A stretch of 64,000 nt of DNA from Eledone cirrhosa (taxonomy: Eukaryota), in contig OZ024744.1 in the NCBI GenBank assembly GCA_964016885.1, forward strand, positions 27,280,001 through 27,344,000, written 5' to 3'. The translations under genes and the position numbers were made by a program. Shown here one piece after another: positions 41,401-54,760 of this stretch. Within the stretch, counting starts at the first letter, position 1. The number at the start of each line of letters is the position of its first letter. The notes beneath the pieces are model-generated. The model was not told the origin of the DNA. It did not search any database and saw only the letters and a program-made list of their open reading frames with translations.

Positions 41401-43626
41401 CTAGGCATCTCAGTGCATTTGGTGGTAAGAAGGGAGGTAACCTTAGGTCCAGGGACACCAGAAGTCTCCACTGCTACGGCTAGGCATCTCAGTTCATATG
41501 GTGGTAAGAAGGGAGGTAAATTTAGGACCAGGGACACCAGAAGTCTCCACTGTTACGGCTAGGCATGTCAGTGCATGTGGTGGTAAGAAGGGAGGTAACC
41601 TTAGGGCCAAGGACACCAGAAGTCTCCACTGTTACGGCTAGGCATCTCAGTGCATGTGGTGGTAAGAAGGGAGGTAACCTTAGGGTCAAGGACACCAGAA
41701 GTCTCCACTGCTACGGCTAGGCATCTCAGTGCATGTGGTGGTAAGAAGGCAGGTAACCTTAGGGCCAGGGACAGCAGAAGTCTCCACTGCTGCAGCTAGG
41801 CATCTCAGTGCATGTGGTGGTAAGAAGGGAGGTAATCTTAGGGCCAGGGACACCAGAAGTCTACACTGTTACGGCTAGGCATATCAGTGCATGTGGTGGT
41901 AAGGAGGGAGGTAACCTTAAAGCCAGGGACACCAGAAGACTCCACTGTTACGGCTAGGCATCTCAGTGCATGTGGTGGTAAGAAGGGAGGTAACCTTAGG
42001 GCCAGGGACACCAGAAGTCTCCACTGTTACGGCTAGGCATCTCACTTCATGTGGTGGTAAGAAGGGAGGTAACCTTAGGGCCAAGGACACCAGAAGTCTC
42101 CACTGTTACGGTTAGGCATCTCAGTGCATGTGGTGGTAAGAAGGGAGGTAAACTTAGTGCCAGGCACACCAGAAGACTCCACTGCTACGGCTAGGCATCT
42201 CAGTGCATGTGGTGGTAGGAAGGGAGGTAACCTTAGGGCCAAGGACACCAGAAGTCTCCACTGTTACGGCTAGGCATGACAGTGCATGTGGTGGTAAGAA
42301 GGGAGGGAACCTTAGGGCCAGGGACACCAGAAGTCTCCACTGTTACGGCTAGGCATCTCAGTGCATGTGGTGGTAAGAAGGGAGGTAACCTTAGGGCCAG
42401 GGACACCAGAAGTGTCCACTGCTACGGCTAGGCATCTCAGTGCATGTGGTGGTAAGAAGGGAGGTAACCTTAGGGCCAGGGACACCAGAAGTCTCCAGTG
42501 ATACGGCTAGGCATCTCAGTGCATGTGGTGGTAAGAAGGGAAGGAACCTTAGGGCCAGGGACACCAGAAGTCTCCACTGTTACGGCTAGGCATCTCACTT
42601 CATGTGGTGGTAAGAAGGGAGGTAACCTTAGGGCCAAGGACACCAGAAGTCTCCACTGTTACGGCTAGGCATCTCACTGCATGTGGTGGTAAGAAGGGAG
42701 GTAACCTTAGGGCCTAGGACACCAGAAGTCTCCACTGTTACGGCTAGGCATGTCACTGCATGTGGTGGTAAGAAGGGAGGTAACCTTAGGGCCAAGGACA
42801 CCAGAAGTCTCCACTGTTATGGCTAGGCATCTCACTGCATGTGGTGGTAAGAAGGGAGGTAACCTTAGGGCCAAGGACACCAGAAGTCTCCACTGCTACG
42901 GCTAGGCATCTCAGTGCATGTGGTGGTAAGAAGGGAGGTAACCTTAGGGCCAGGGACACCAGAAGTCTCCACTGTTACGGCTAGGCATCTCACTTCATGT
43001 GGTGGTAAGAAGGGAGGTAACCTTAGGGCCAAGGACACCAGAAGTCTCCACTGTTACGGCTAGGCATCTCATTGCATGTGGTGGTAAGAAGGGAGGTAAC
43101 CTTAGGGCCAGGGACACCAGAAGACTCCACTGCTACGGCTAGGCATCTCAGTGCATGTGGTGGTAGGAAGGGAGGTAACCTTAGGGCCAAGGACACCAGA
43201 AGTCTCCACTGTTACGGCTAGGCATGTCAGTGCATGTGGTGGTAAGAAGGGAGGGAACCTTAGGGCCAGGGACACCAGAAGTCTCCACTGCTACGGCTAG
43301 GCATCTCAGTGCATGTGGTGGTAAGAAGGGAGGTAACCTTAGGGCCAGGGACACCAGAAGACTCCACTGCTACGGCTAGGCATCTCAGTGCATGTGGTGG
43401 TAAGAAGGGAGGTAACCTTAGGGCCTAGGACACCAGAAGTCTCCACTGTCACGGCTAGGCATGTCAGTGCATGTGGTGGTAAGAAGGGAGGGAACCTTAG
43501 GTCCAGGGACACCAGAAGTCTCCACTGCTACGGCTAGGCATCTCAGTGCATGTGGTGGTAAGAAGGGAGGTAACCTTAGGTCCAAGGACACCAGAAGTTT
43601 CCACTGCTACTGCTAGGCATCTCAGT
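11402..43626 (+). repeat. 16,110-bp tandem duplication (204 monomers; copies 11402-27511 and 27512-43621)
   Basis: Identical ORFs recur at a constant 16,110 offset (12429/28539, 13614/29724, 18543/34653, 22965/39075, 25097/41207). 204x79 - 6 = 16,110, and each copy has six 1-bp deletions. Flanking mismatches are 11401 t vs 27511 c and 27517 g vs 43627 t. Confidence 0.95.
12618..18034 (+). repeat. 2,764-bp (35-monomer) tandem duplication nested in the 16-kb unit; repeated at 28728-34144
   Basis: ORF offsets are 13614/16378 and 13772/16536. The AAGGAACC marker lies at 12691/15455. 35x79 - 1 = 2,764. Confidence 0.9.
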
Positions 43627-46600
43627 TCATGTGGTGGTAAGAAGGGAGGTAACCTTAGGGCCATGGACACCAGAAGTCTCCACTGTTACGGCTAGGCATC
43701 TCAGTGCATGTGGTGGTAAGAAGGGAGGTAACCTTAGGGTCAAGGACACCAGAAGTCTCCACTGTTACGGCTAGGCATCTCACTTCATGTGGTGGTAAGA
43801 AGGGAGGTAACCTTAGGGCCAAGGACACCAGAAGCATCCACTGCTACGGCTAGGCATCTCAGTGCATGTGGTGGTAAAAAGGGAGGTAACCTTAGGGCCA
43901 AGGACACCAGAAGTCTCCACTGCTACGGCTAGACATCTCAGTGCATGTGGTGGTAAGAAGGGAGGTAACCTTAGGGCCAGGGACACCAGAAGACTCCACT
44001 GTTACGGCTAGGCATCTCAGTGCATGTGGTGGTAAAGAGGGAGGTAACCTTAGGGCCAGGGACACCAGACGTCTCCACTGCTACGGCTAGGCATCTCAGT
44101 GCATGTGGTGGTAAGAAGGGAGGTAACCTTAGGGCCAGGGACACCAGAAGTCTCCACTGCTGCGGCTAGGCATCTCAGTGCATGTGGTGGTAAGAAGGGA
44201 GGTAAACTTAGGGCCAGGGACACCAGAAGTCTCCACTGTTACGGCTAGGCATGTCAGTGCATGTGGTGGTAAGAAGGGAGGTAACCTTAGGTCCAAGGAC
44301 CCCAGAAGTCTCCACTGTTACGGCTAGGCATCTCAGTGCATGTGGTGGTAAGAAGGGAGGTAACCTTAGGGCCAGGGACACCAGAAGACTCCACTGCTAC
44401 GGCTAGGCATCTCAGTGCATGTGGTGGTAAGAAGGGAGGTAACCTTAGGGCCAGGGACACCAGAAGTCTCCACTGTTACGGCTAGGCATCTCAGTGCATG
44501 TGGTGGTAAGGAGGGAGATAACCTTAGGGCCAAGGACACCAGAAGTCTCCACTGTTACGGCTAGGCATCTCAGTGCATGTGGTGGTAAGAAGGGAGGTAA
44601 CATTAGAGCCAGGGACACCAGAAGTATCCACTGCTACGGCTAGGCATCTCAGTGCATGTGGTGGTAAGAAGTAAGTAACCTTAGGGCCAGGGACACCAGA
44701 AGTCTCCACTGCTACGGCTAGGCATCTCAGTGCATTTGGTGGTAAGAAGGGAGGTAACCTTAGGTCCAGGGACACCAGAAGTCTCCACTGCTACGGCTAG
44801 GCATCTCAGTTCATATGGTGGTAAGAAGGGAGGTAAATTTAGGGCCAGGGACACCAGAAGTCTCCACTGTTACGGCTAGGCATGTCAGTGCATGTGGTGG
44901 TAAGAAGGGAGGTAACCTTAGGGCCAAGGACACCAGAAGTCTCCACTGTTACGGCTAGGCATCTCAGTGCATGTGGTGGTAAGAAGGGAGGTAACCTTAG
45001 GGTCAAGGACACCAGAAGTCTCCACTGCTACGGCTAGGCATCTCAGTGCATGTGGTGGTAAGAAGGCAGGTAACCTTAGGGCCAGGGACAGCAGAAGTCT
45101 CCACTGCTGCAGCTAGGCATCTCAGTGCATGTGGTGGTAAGAAGGGAGGTAATCTTAGGGCCAGGGACACCAGAAGTCTACACTGTTACGGCTAGGCATA
45201 TCAGTGCATGTGGTGGTAAGGAGGGAGGTAACCTTAAAGCCAGGGACACCAGAAGACTCCACTGTTACGGCTAGGCATCTCAGTGCATGTGGTGGTAAGA
45301 AGGGAGGTAACCTTAGGGCCAGGGACACCAGAAGTCTCCACTGTTACGGCTAGGCATCTCACTTCATTTGGTGGTAAGAAGGGAGGTAACCTTAGGGCCA
45401 AGGACACCAGAAGTCTCCACTGTTACGGTTAGGCATCTCAGTGCATGTGGTGGTAAGAAGGGAGGTAAACTTAGTGCCAGGCACACCAGAAGACTCCACT
45501 GCTACGGCTAGGCATCTCAGTGCATGTGGTGGTAGGAAGGGAGGTAACCTTAGGGCCAAGGACACCAGAAGTCTCCACTGTTACGGCTAGGCATGTCAGT
45601 GCATGTGGTGGTAAGAAGGGAGGGAACCTTAGGGCCAGGGACACCAGAAGTCTCCACTGTTACGGCTAGGCATCTCAGTGCATGTGGTGGTAAGAAGGGA
45701 GGTAACCTTAGGGCCAGGGACACCAGAAGTGTCCACTGCTACGGCTAGGCATCTCAGTGCATGTGGTGGTAAGAAGGGAGGTAACCTTAGGGCCAGGGAC
45801 ACCAGAAGTCTCCAGTGATACGGCTAGGCATCTCAGTGCATGTGGTGGTAAGAAGGGAAGGAACCTTAGGGCCAGGGACACCAGAAGTCTCCACTGTTAC
45901 GGCTAGGCATCTCACTTCATGTGGTGGTAAGAAGGGAGGTAACCTTAGGGCCAAGGACACCAGAAGTCTCCACTGTTACGGCTAGGCATCTCACTGCATG
46001 TGGTGGTAAGAAGGGAGGTAACCTTAGGGCCTAGGACACCAGAAGTCTCCACTGTTACGGCTAGGCATGTCACTGCATGTGGTGGTAAGAAGGGAGGTAA
46101 CCTTAGGGCCAAGGACACCAGAAGTCTCCACTGTTATGGCTAGGCATCTCACTGCATGTGGTGGTAAGAAGGGAGGTAACCTTAGGGCCAAGGACACCAG
46201 AAGTCTCCACTGCTACGGCTAGGCATCTCAGTGCATGTGGTGGTAAGAAGGGAGGTAACCTTAGGGCCAGGGACACCAGAAGTCTCCACTGTTACGGCTA
46301 GGCATCTCACTTCATGTGGTGGTAAGAAGGGAGGTAACCTTAGGGCCAAGGACACCAGAAGTCTCCACTGTTACGGCTAGGCATCTCATTGCATGTGGTG
46401 GTAAGAAGGGAGGTAACCTTAGGGCCAGGGACACCAGAAGACTCCACTGCTACGGCTAGGCATCTCAGTGCATGTGGTGGTAGGAAGGGAGGTAACCTTA
46501 GGGCCAAGGACACCAGAAGTCTCCACTGTTACGGCTAGGCATGTCAGTGCATGTGGTGGTAAGAAGGGAGGGAACCTTAGGGCCAGGGACACCAGAAGTC

Positions 46601-49069
46601 TCCACTGCTACGGCTAGGCATCTCAGTGCATGTGGTGGTAAGAAGGGAGGTAACCTTAGGGCCAGGGACACCAGAAGACTCCACTGCTACGGCTAGGCAT
46701 CTCAGTGCATGTGGTGGTAAGAAGGGAGGTAACCTTAGGGCCTAGGACACCAGAAGTCTCCACTGTCACGGCTAGGCATGTCAGTGCATGTGGTGGTAAG
46801 AAGGGAGGGAACCTTAGGTCCAGGGACACCAGAAGTCTCCACTGCTACGGCTAGGCATCTCAGTGCATGTGGTGGTAAGAAGGGAGGTAACCTTAGGTCC
46901 AAGGACACCAGAAGTTTCCACTGCTACTGCTAGGCATCTCAGTTCATGTGGTGGTAAGAAGGGAGGTAACCTTAGGGCCATGGACACCAGAAGTCTCCAC
47001 TGTTACGGCTAGGCATCTCAGTGCATGTGGTGGTAAGAAGGGAGGTAACCTTAGGGTCAAGGACACCAGAAGTCTCCACTGTTACGGCTAGGCATCTCAC
47101 TTCATGTGGTGGTAAGAAGGGAGGTAACCTTAGGGCCAAAGACACCAGAAGCATCCACTGCTACGGCTAGGCATCTCAGTGCATGTGGTGGTAAAAAGGG
47201 AGGTAACCTTAGGGCCAAGGACACCAGAAGTCTCCACTGCTACGGCTAGACATCTCAGTGCATGTGGTGGTAAGAAGGGAGGTAACCTTAGGGCCAGGGA
47301 CACCAGAAGACTCCACTGTTACAGCTAGGAATCTCAGTGCATGTGGTGGTAAAGAGGGAGGTAACCTTAGGGCCAGGGACACCAGACGTCTCCACTGCTA
47401 TGGCTAGGCATCTCAGTGCATGTGGTGGTAAGAAGGGAGGTAACCTTAGGGCCAGGGACACCAGAAGTCTCCACTGCTACGGCTAGGCATCTCAGTGCAT
47501 GTGGTGGTACGAAGGGAGGTAAACTTAGGGCCAGGGACACCAGAAGTCTCCACTGTTACGGCTAGGCATGTCAGTGCATGTGGTGGTAAGAAGGGAGGTA
47601 ACCTTAGGTCCAAGGACCCCAGAAGTCTCCACTGTTACGGCTAGGCATCTCAGTGCATGTGGTGGTAAGAAGGGAGGTAATCTTAGGGCCAGGGACACCA
47701 GAAGACTCCACTGCTACGGCTAGGCATCTCAGTGCATGTGGTGGTAAGAAGGGAGGTAACCTTAGGGCCAGGGACACCAGAAGTCTCCACTGTTACGGCT
47801 AGGCATCTCAGTGCATGTGGTGGTAAGGAGGGAGTTAACCTTAGGGCCAAGGACACCAGAAGTCTCCACTGTTACGGCTAGGCATCTCAGTGCATGTGGT
47901 GGTAAGAAGGGAGGTAACATTAGAGCCAGGGACACCAGAAGTATCCACTGCTACGGCTAGGCATCTCAGTGCATGTGGTGGTAAGAAGTAAGTAACCTTA
48001 GGGCCAGGGACACCAGAAGTCTCCACTGCTACGGCTAGGCATCTCAGTGCATTTGGTGGTAAGAAGGGAGGTAACTTTAGGTCCAGGGACACCAGAAGTC
48101 TCCACTGCTACGGCTAGGCATCTCAGTTCATATGGGGGTAAGAAGGGAGGTAAATTTAGGGCCAGGGACACCAGAAGTCTCCACTGTTACGGCTAGGCAT
48201 GTCAGTGCATGTGGTGGTAAGAAGGGAGGTAACCTTAGGGCCAAGGACACCAGAAGTCTCCACTGTTACGGCTAGGCATCTCAGTGCATGTGGTGGTAAG
48301 AAGGGAGGTAACCTTAGGGTCAAGGACACCAGAAGTCTCCACTGCTACGGCTAGGCATCTCAGTGCATGTGGTGGTAAGAAGGCAGGTAACCTTAGGGCC
48401 AGGGACAGCAGAAGTCTCCACTGCTGCAGCTAGGCATCTCAGTGCATGTGGTGGTAAGAAGGGAGGTAATCTTAGGGCCAGGGACACCAGAAGTCTACAC
48501 TGTTACGGCTAGGCATATCAGTGCATGTGGTGGTAAGGAGGGAGGTAACCTTAAAGCCAGGGACACCAGAAGACTCCACTGTTACGGCTAGGCATCTCAG
48601 TGCATGTGGTGGTAAGAAGGGAGGTAACCTTAGGGCCAGGGACACCAGAAGTCTCCACTGTTACGGCTAGGCATCTCACTTCATGTGGTGGTAAGAAGGG
48701 AGGTAACCTTAGGGCCAAGGACACCAGAAGTCTCCACTGTTACGGTTAGGCATCTCAGTGCATGTGGTGGTAAGAAGGGAGGTAAACTTAGTGCCAGGCA
48801 CACCAGAAGACTCCACTGCTACGGCTAGGCATCTCAGTGCATGTGGTGGTAGGAAGGGAGGTAACCTTAGGGCCAAGGACACCAGAAGTCTCCACTGTTA
48901 CGGCTAGGCATGTCAGTGCATGTGGTGGTAAGAAGGGAGGGAACCTTAGGGCCAGGGACACCAGAAGTCTCCACTGTTACGGCTAGGCATCTCAGTGCAT
49001 GTGGTGGTAAGAAGGGAGGTAACCTTAGGGCCAGGGACACCAGAAGTGTCCACTGCTACGGCTAGGCAT
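39619..49069 (+). repeat. 3,317-bp (42-monomer) higher-order repeat, about 2.85 tandem copies
   Basis: ORF offsets are 40338/43655/46972 and 41207/44524/47841. 42x79 - 1 = 3,317. Shared markers include CCATGG, GAAGCATCC, GAAGTAAGT and CTACTGCTAGG. The 16-kb duplication places about 1.2 further copies at ~23509-27516. Confidence 0.93.
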
Positions 49070-49089
49070 GTCAGTGCATGTGGTGGTAA

Positions 49090-49720
49090 GGAGGGAGACA
49101 ACCTTAGGGCCAAGGACACCAGAAGTCTCCACTGTTACGGCTAGGCATCTCAGTGCATGTGGTGGTAAGAAGGGAGGTAACCTTAGGGCCAGGGACACCA
49201 GAAGTCTCCACTGCTACGGCTCGGCATCTCAGTGCATGTGGTTGTAAGAAGGAAGTAACCTTAGGGCCAGGGACACCAGAAGTCTCCACTGTTACGGCTA
49301 GGCATCTCAGTGCATGTGGTGGTAAGGAGGGAGGTAACCTTAGGGCCAGGCACACCAGAAGTCTCCACTGTTACGGCTAGGCATTTCAGTGCATGTGGTG
49401 GTAAGAAGGGAAGTAGGCTTAGGGCCAGGGACACCAGAAGTCTCCACTGTTACGGCTAGGCATCACAGTGCATGTGGTGGTAAGGAGGGAGATAACCTTA
49501 GGGCCAAGGACACCAGAAGTCTCCACTGTTACGGCTAGGCATCTCAGTGCATGTGGTGGTAAGAAGGGAGGTAACCTTAGGGCCAGGGACACCAGAAGTC
49601 TCCACTGCTACGGCTCGGCATCTCAGTGCATGTGGTTGTAAGAAGGAAGTAACCTTAGGGCCAGGGACACCAGAAGTCTCCACTGTTACGGCTAGGCATC
49701 TCAGTGCATGTGGTGGTAAG
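49090..49720 (+). repeat. Local 5-monomer-offset duplication (394 bp)
   Basis: ORF pairs are 49104/49498 and 49153/49547. GGCTCGGC...GGTTGTAAGAAGGAAGT occurs twice. Confidence 0.8.
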
Positions 49721-51099
49721 AAGGGAGGTAACCTTAGGGCCAAGGACACCAGAAGTCTCCACTGTTACGGCTAGGCATCTCAGTGCATGTGGTGGTAAGA
49801 AGGGAGGTAACCTTAGGGCCAGGGACACCAGAAGACTCCACTGCTACGGCTAGGCATCTCAGTGCATGTGGTGGTAAGAAGGGAGATAACCTTAGGGCCA
49901 AGGACACCAGAAGTCTCCACTGTTACAGCTAGGCATGTCAGTGCATGTGGTGGTAAGAAGGGAGGGAACCTTAGGGCCAGGGACACCAGAAGTCTCCACT
50001 GTTACGGCTAGGCATCTCAGTGCATGTGGTGGTAAGAAGGGAGGTAACCTTAGGGCCAGGCACACCAGATGTCTCCACTGCTACGGCTAGGCATCTCAGT
50101 GCATGTGGTGGTAAGAAAGGAGGGAACCTTAGTGCCAGTGACACCAGAAGTCTCCACTGTTACGGCTAGGCATGCCAGTGCGTGTGGTGGTAAGGAGGGA
50201 GGTAACCTTAGGGCCAAGGACACCAGAAGTCTCCACTGTTACGGCTAGGCATCTCAGTGCATGTGGTGGTAAGAAGGGAGGTAACCTTAGGGCCAGGGAC
50301 ACCAGAAGTGTCCACTGCTACGGCTAGGCATCTCAGTGCATGTGGTGGTAAGAAGGGAGGTAACCTTAGGGCCAGGGACACCAGAAGTCTCCAGTGTTGC
50401 GGCTAGGCATCTCAGTGCATGTGGTGGTAAGAAGGGAGGTAACCTTAGGGCCAGGGACACCAGAAGTCTCCACAGCTACGGCTAGGCATCTCAGTGCATG
50501 TGGTGGTAAGAAGGGAGGTAACCTTAGGGCCAGGGACACCAGAAGTCTCCACTGTTACGGCTAGGCATCTCAGTGCATGTGGTGGTAAGAAGGGAGGTAA
50601 CCTTAGGGTCAAGGACACCAGAAGTCTCCACAGCTACGGCTAGGCATCTCAGTGCATGTGGTGGTAAGAAGGGAGATAACCTTAGGGCGAGGGACACCAG
50701 ACGTCTCCACTGCTACGGCTAGGGATCTCAGTTCATGTGGTGGTAAGTAGGGAGGTAACCTTAGGGCCAAAGACACCAGAAGTCTCCACTGTTACAGCTA
50801 GGCATGTCAGTGCATGTGGTGGTAAGAACGGAGGTAACCTTAGAGCCAGGGACACCAGAAGACTCCACTGTTACGGCTAGGCATCTCACTTCATGTGGTG
50901 GTAAGAAGGGAGGTAACCTTAGGGCCAAGGACACCAGATGTATCCACTGTTACGGCTAGGCATCTCACTTCATGTGGTGGTAAGAAGGGAGGTAACCTTA
51001 GGGCCAAGGACACCAGATGTATCCACTGCTACGGCTAGGCATCTCAGTGCATGTGGTGGTAAGAAGGGAGGTAACCTTAGGGCCAGGGACACCAGAAGT

Positions 51100-54000
51100 C
51101 TTCACTGCTACGGCTAGGCATGTCAGTGCATGTGGTGGTAATAAGGGAGGTAACCTTAGGTCCAAGGACCCCAGAAGTCTCCACTGTTACGGCTAGGCAT
51201 CTCAGTGCATGTGGTGGTAAGAAGGGAGGTAAACTTAGGGCCAGGCACACCAGATGTCTCCACTGCTACGGCTAGGCATCTCAGTGCATGTGGTGGTAAG
51301 AAAGGAGGTAACCTTAGGGCCAGGGACACCAGAAGTCTCCACTGTTACGGCTAGGCATGTCAGTGCATGTGGTGGTAAGGAGGGAGGTAACCTTAGGGCC
51401 AAGGATACCAGAAGTCTCCACTGTTACGGCTAGGCATCTCAGTGCATTTGGTGGTAAGAAGGGAGGTAACCTTAGGGCCAGGGACACCAGAAGACTCCAC
51501 TCCTACGGCTAGGCATCTCACTTCATGTGGTGGTAAGAAGGGAGGTAACCTTAGGGCCAGGGACACCAGAAGACTCCACTGTTACGGCTAGGCATCTCAG
51601 TGCATGTGGTGGTAAAGATGGAGGTAACCTTAGGGCCAGGGACACCAGACGTCTCCACTGCTATGGCTAGGCATCTCAGTGCATGTGGTGGTAAGAAGGG
51701 GGGTAACCTTAGGGCCAGGGACACCAGAAGTCTTCACTGCTACGGCTAGGCATCTCAGTGCATGTGGTGGTAAGGAGGGAGGTAAACTTAGGGCCAGGGA
51801 CACCAGAAGTCTCCACTGTTACGGCTAGGCATGTCAGTGCATGTGGTGGTAAGAAGGGAGGTAACCTTAGGTCCAAGGACACCAGAAGTCTCCACTGTTA
51901 CGGCTAGGCATCTCAGTGCATGTGGTGGTAAGAAGGGAGGTAACCTTAGGGCCAGGGACACCAGAAGACTCCACTGCTACGGCTAGGCATCTCAGTGCAT
52001 GTGGTGGTAAGAAGGGAGGTAACCTTAGGGCCAAGGACACCAGAAGTCTCCACTGTTACGGCTAGGCATGTCAGTGCATGTGGTGGTAAGAAGGGAGGGA
52101 ACCTTAGGGCCAGAGACACCAGAAGTCTCCACTGCTACGGCTAGGCATCTCAGTGCATGTGGTGGTAAGAAGGGAGGTAACCTTAGGTCCAGGGACACCA
52201 GAAGTTTCCACTGCTACGGCTAGGCATCTCAGTTCATGTGGTGGTAAGAAGGGAGGTAAACTTAGGGCCAAGGACACCAGAAGTCTCCACTGTTACGGCT
52301 AGGCATCTCAGTGCATGTGGTGGTAAGAAGGGAGGTAAACTTAGGGTCAAGGACACCAGAAGTCTCCACTGCTACGGCTAGGCATCTCAGTGCATGTGGT
52401 GGTAAGAAGGCAGGTAACCTTAGGGCCAGGGACACCAGAAGTCTCCACTGCTGCAGCTAGGCATCTCAGTGCATGTGGTGGTAAGAAGGGAGGTAATCTT
52501 AGGACCAGGGACACCAGAAGTCTACATTGTTACGGCTAGGCATATCAGTGCATGTGGTGCTAAGAAGGGAGGTAACCTTAAAGCCAGGGACACCAGAAGA
52601 CTCCACTGTTACGGCTAGGCATCTCAGTGCATGTGGTGGTAAGAAGGGAGGTAACCTTAGGGCCAGGGACACCAGAAGTCTCCACTGTTACGGCTAGGCA
52701 TCTCACTTCATGTGGTGGTAAGAAGGGAGGTAACCTTAGGGCCAAGGACACCAGAAGTCTCCACTGTTACGGCTAGGCATCTCAGTGCATGTGGTGGTAA
52801 GAAGGGAGGTAACCTTAGGGCCAGGGACACCAGAAGACTCCACTGCTACGGCTAGGCATCTCAGTGCATGTGGTGGTAGGAAGGGAGGTAACCTTAGGGC
52901 CAAGGACACCAGAAGTCTCCACTGTTACGGCTAGGCATGTCAGTGCATGTGGTGGTAAGAAGGGAGGGAACCTTAGGGCCAGGGACACCAGAAGTCTCCA
53001 CTGCTACGGCTAGGCATCTCAGTGCATGTGGTGGTAAGAAGGGAGGTAACCTTAGGGCCAGGGACACCAGAATTCTCCACTGCTACGGCTAGGCATCTCA
53101 GTGCAGGTGGTGGTAAGAGGGAGGTAAACTTAGGGCCAGGGACACCAGAAATCTCCACTGTTACGGCTAGGCATGTCAGTGCATGTGGTGGTAATAAGGG
53201 AGGTAACCTTATGTCCAAGGACCCCAGAAGTCTCCACTGTTACGGCTAGGCATCTCAGTGCATGTGGTGGTAAGAAGGGAGGTAACCTTAGGGCCAGGCA
53301 CACCAGAAGTCTCCACTGCTACGGCTAGGCATCTCAGTGCATGTGGTGGTAAGAAAGGAGGTAACCTTAGGGCCAGGGACACCAGAAGTCTCCACTGTTA
53401 CGGCTTGGCATGTCAGTGCATGTGGTGGTAAGGAGGGAGGTAACCTTAGGGCCAAGGATACCAGAAGTCTCCACTGTTACGGCTAGGCATCTCAGTGCAT
53501 TTGGTGGTAAGAAGGGAGGTAACCTTAGGGCCAGGGACACCAGAAGACTCCACTCTTACGGCTAGGCATCTCACTTCATGTGGTGGTAAGAAGGGAGGTA
53601 ACCTTAGGGCCAGGGACACCAGAAGACTCCACTGTTACGGCTAGGCATCTCAGTGCATGTGGTGGTAAAGAGGGAGGTAACCTTAGGGCCAGGGACACCA
53701 GACGTCTCCACTGCTATGTCTAGGCATCTCAGTGCATGTGGTGGTAAGAAGGGGGGTAACCTTAGGGCCAGGGACACCAGAAGTCTTCACTGCTACGGCT
53801 AGGCATCTCAGTGCATGTGGTGGTAAGGAAGGAGGTAAACGTAGGGCCAGGGACACCAGAAGTCTCCACTGTTACGGCTAGGCATGTCAGTGCATGTGGT
53901 GGTAAGAAGGGAGGTAACCTTAGGTCCAAGGACACCAGAAGTCTCCACTCTTACGGCTAGGCATCTCACTGCATGTGGTGGTAAGAAGGGAGGTAACCTT

Positions 54001-54760
54001 AGGGCCAAGGACACCAGAAGTCTCCACTGTTACGGCTAGGCATGTCAGTGCATGTGGTGGTAAGAAGGGAGGGAACCTTAGGGCCAGAGACACCAGAAGT
54101 CTCCACTGCTACGGCTAGGCATCTCAGTGCATGTGGTGGTAAGAAGGGAGGTAACCTTAGGTCCAGGGACACCAGAAGTTTCCACTGCTACGGCTAGGCA
54201 TCTCAGTTCATGTGGTGGTAAGAAGGGAGGTAACCTTAGGGCCAAGGACACCAGAAGTCTCCACTGTTACGGCTAGGCATCTCAGTGCATGTGGTGGTAA
54301 GAATGGAGGTAACCTTAGGGTCAAGGAGACCAGAAGTCTCCACTGCTACGGCTAGGCATCTCAGTGCATGTGGTGGTAAGAAGGCAGGTAACCTTAGGGC
54401 CAGGGACAGCAGAAGTCTCCACTGCTGCAGCTAGGCATCTCAGTGCATGTGGTGGTAAGAAGGGAGGTAATCTTAGGGCCAGGGACACCAGAAGTCTACA
54501 CTGTTACGGCTAGGCATATCAGTGCATGTGGTGGTAAGAAAGGAGGTAACCTTAAAGCCAGGGACACCAGAAGACTCCACTGTTACGGCTAGGCATCTCA
54601 GTGCATGTGGTGGTAAGAAGGGAGGTAACCTTAGGGCCAGGGACACCAGAAGTCTCCACTGTTACGGCTAGGCATCTCACTTCATGTGGTGGTAATAAGG
54701 GAGGTAACCTTAGGGCCAAGGACACCAGAAGTCTCCACTGTTACGGCTAGGCATCTCAGT
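51100..54760 (+). repeat. Older, diverged 26/25-monomer duplication (offset 2,053, then 1,974)
   Basis: ATAAGGG lies at 51141/53194, AAGGATA at 51401/53454 and CAGAGAC at 52111/54085. Confidence 0.8.
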
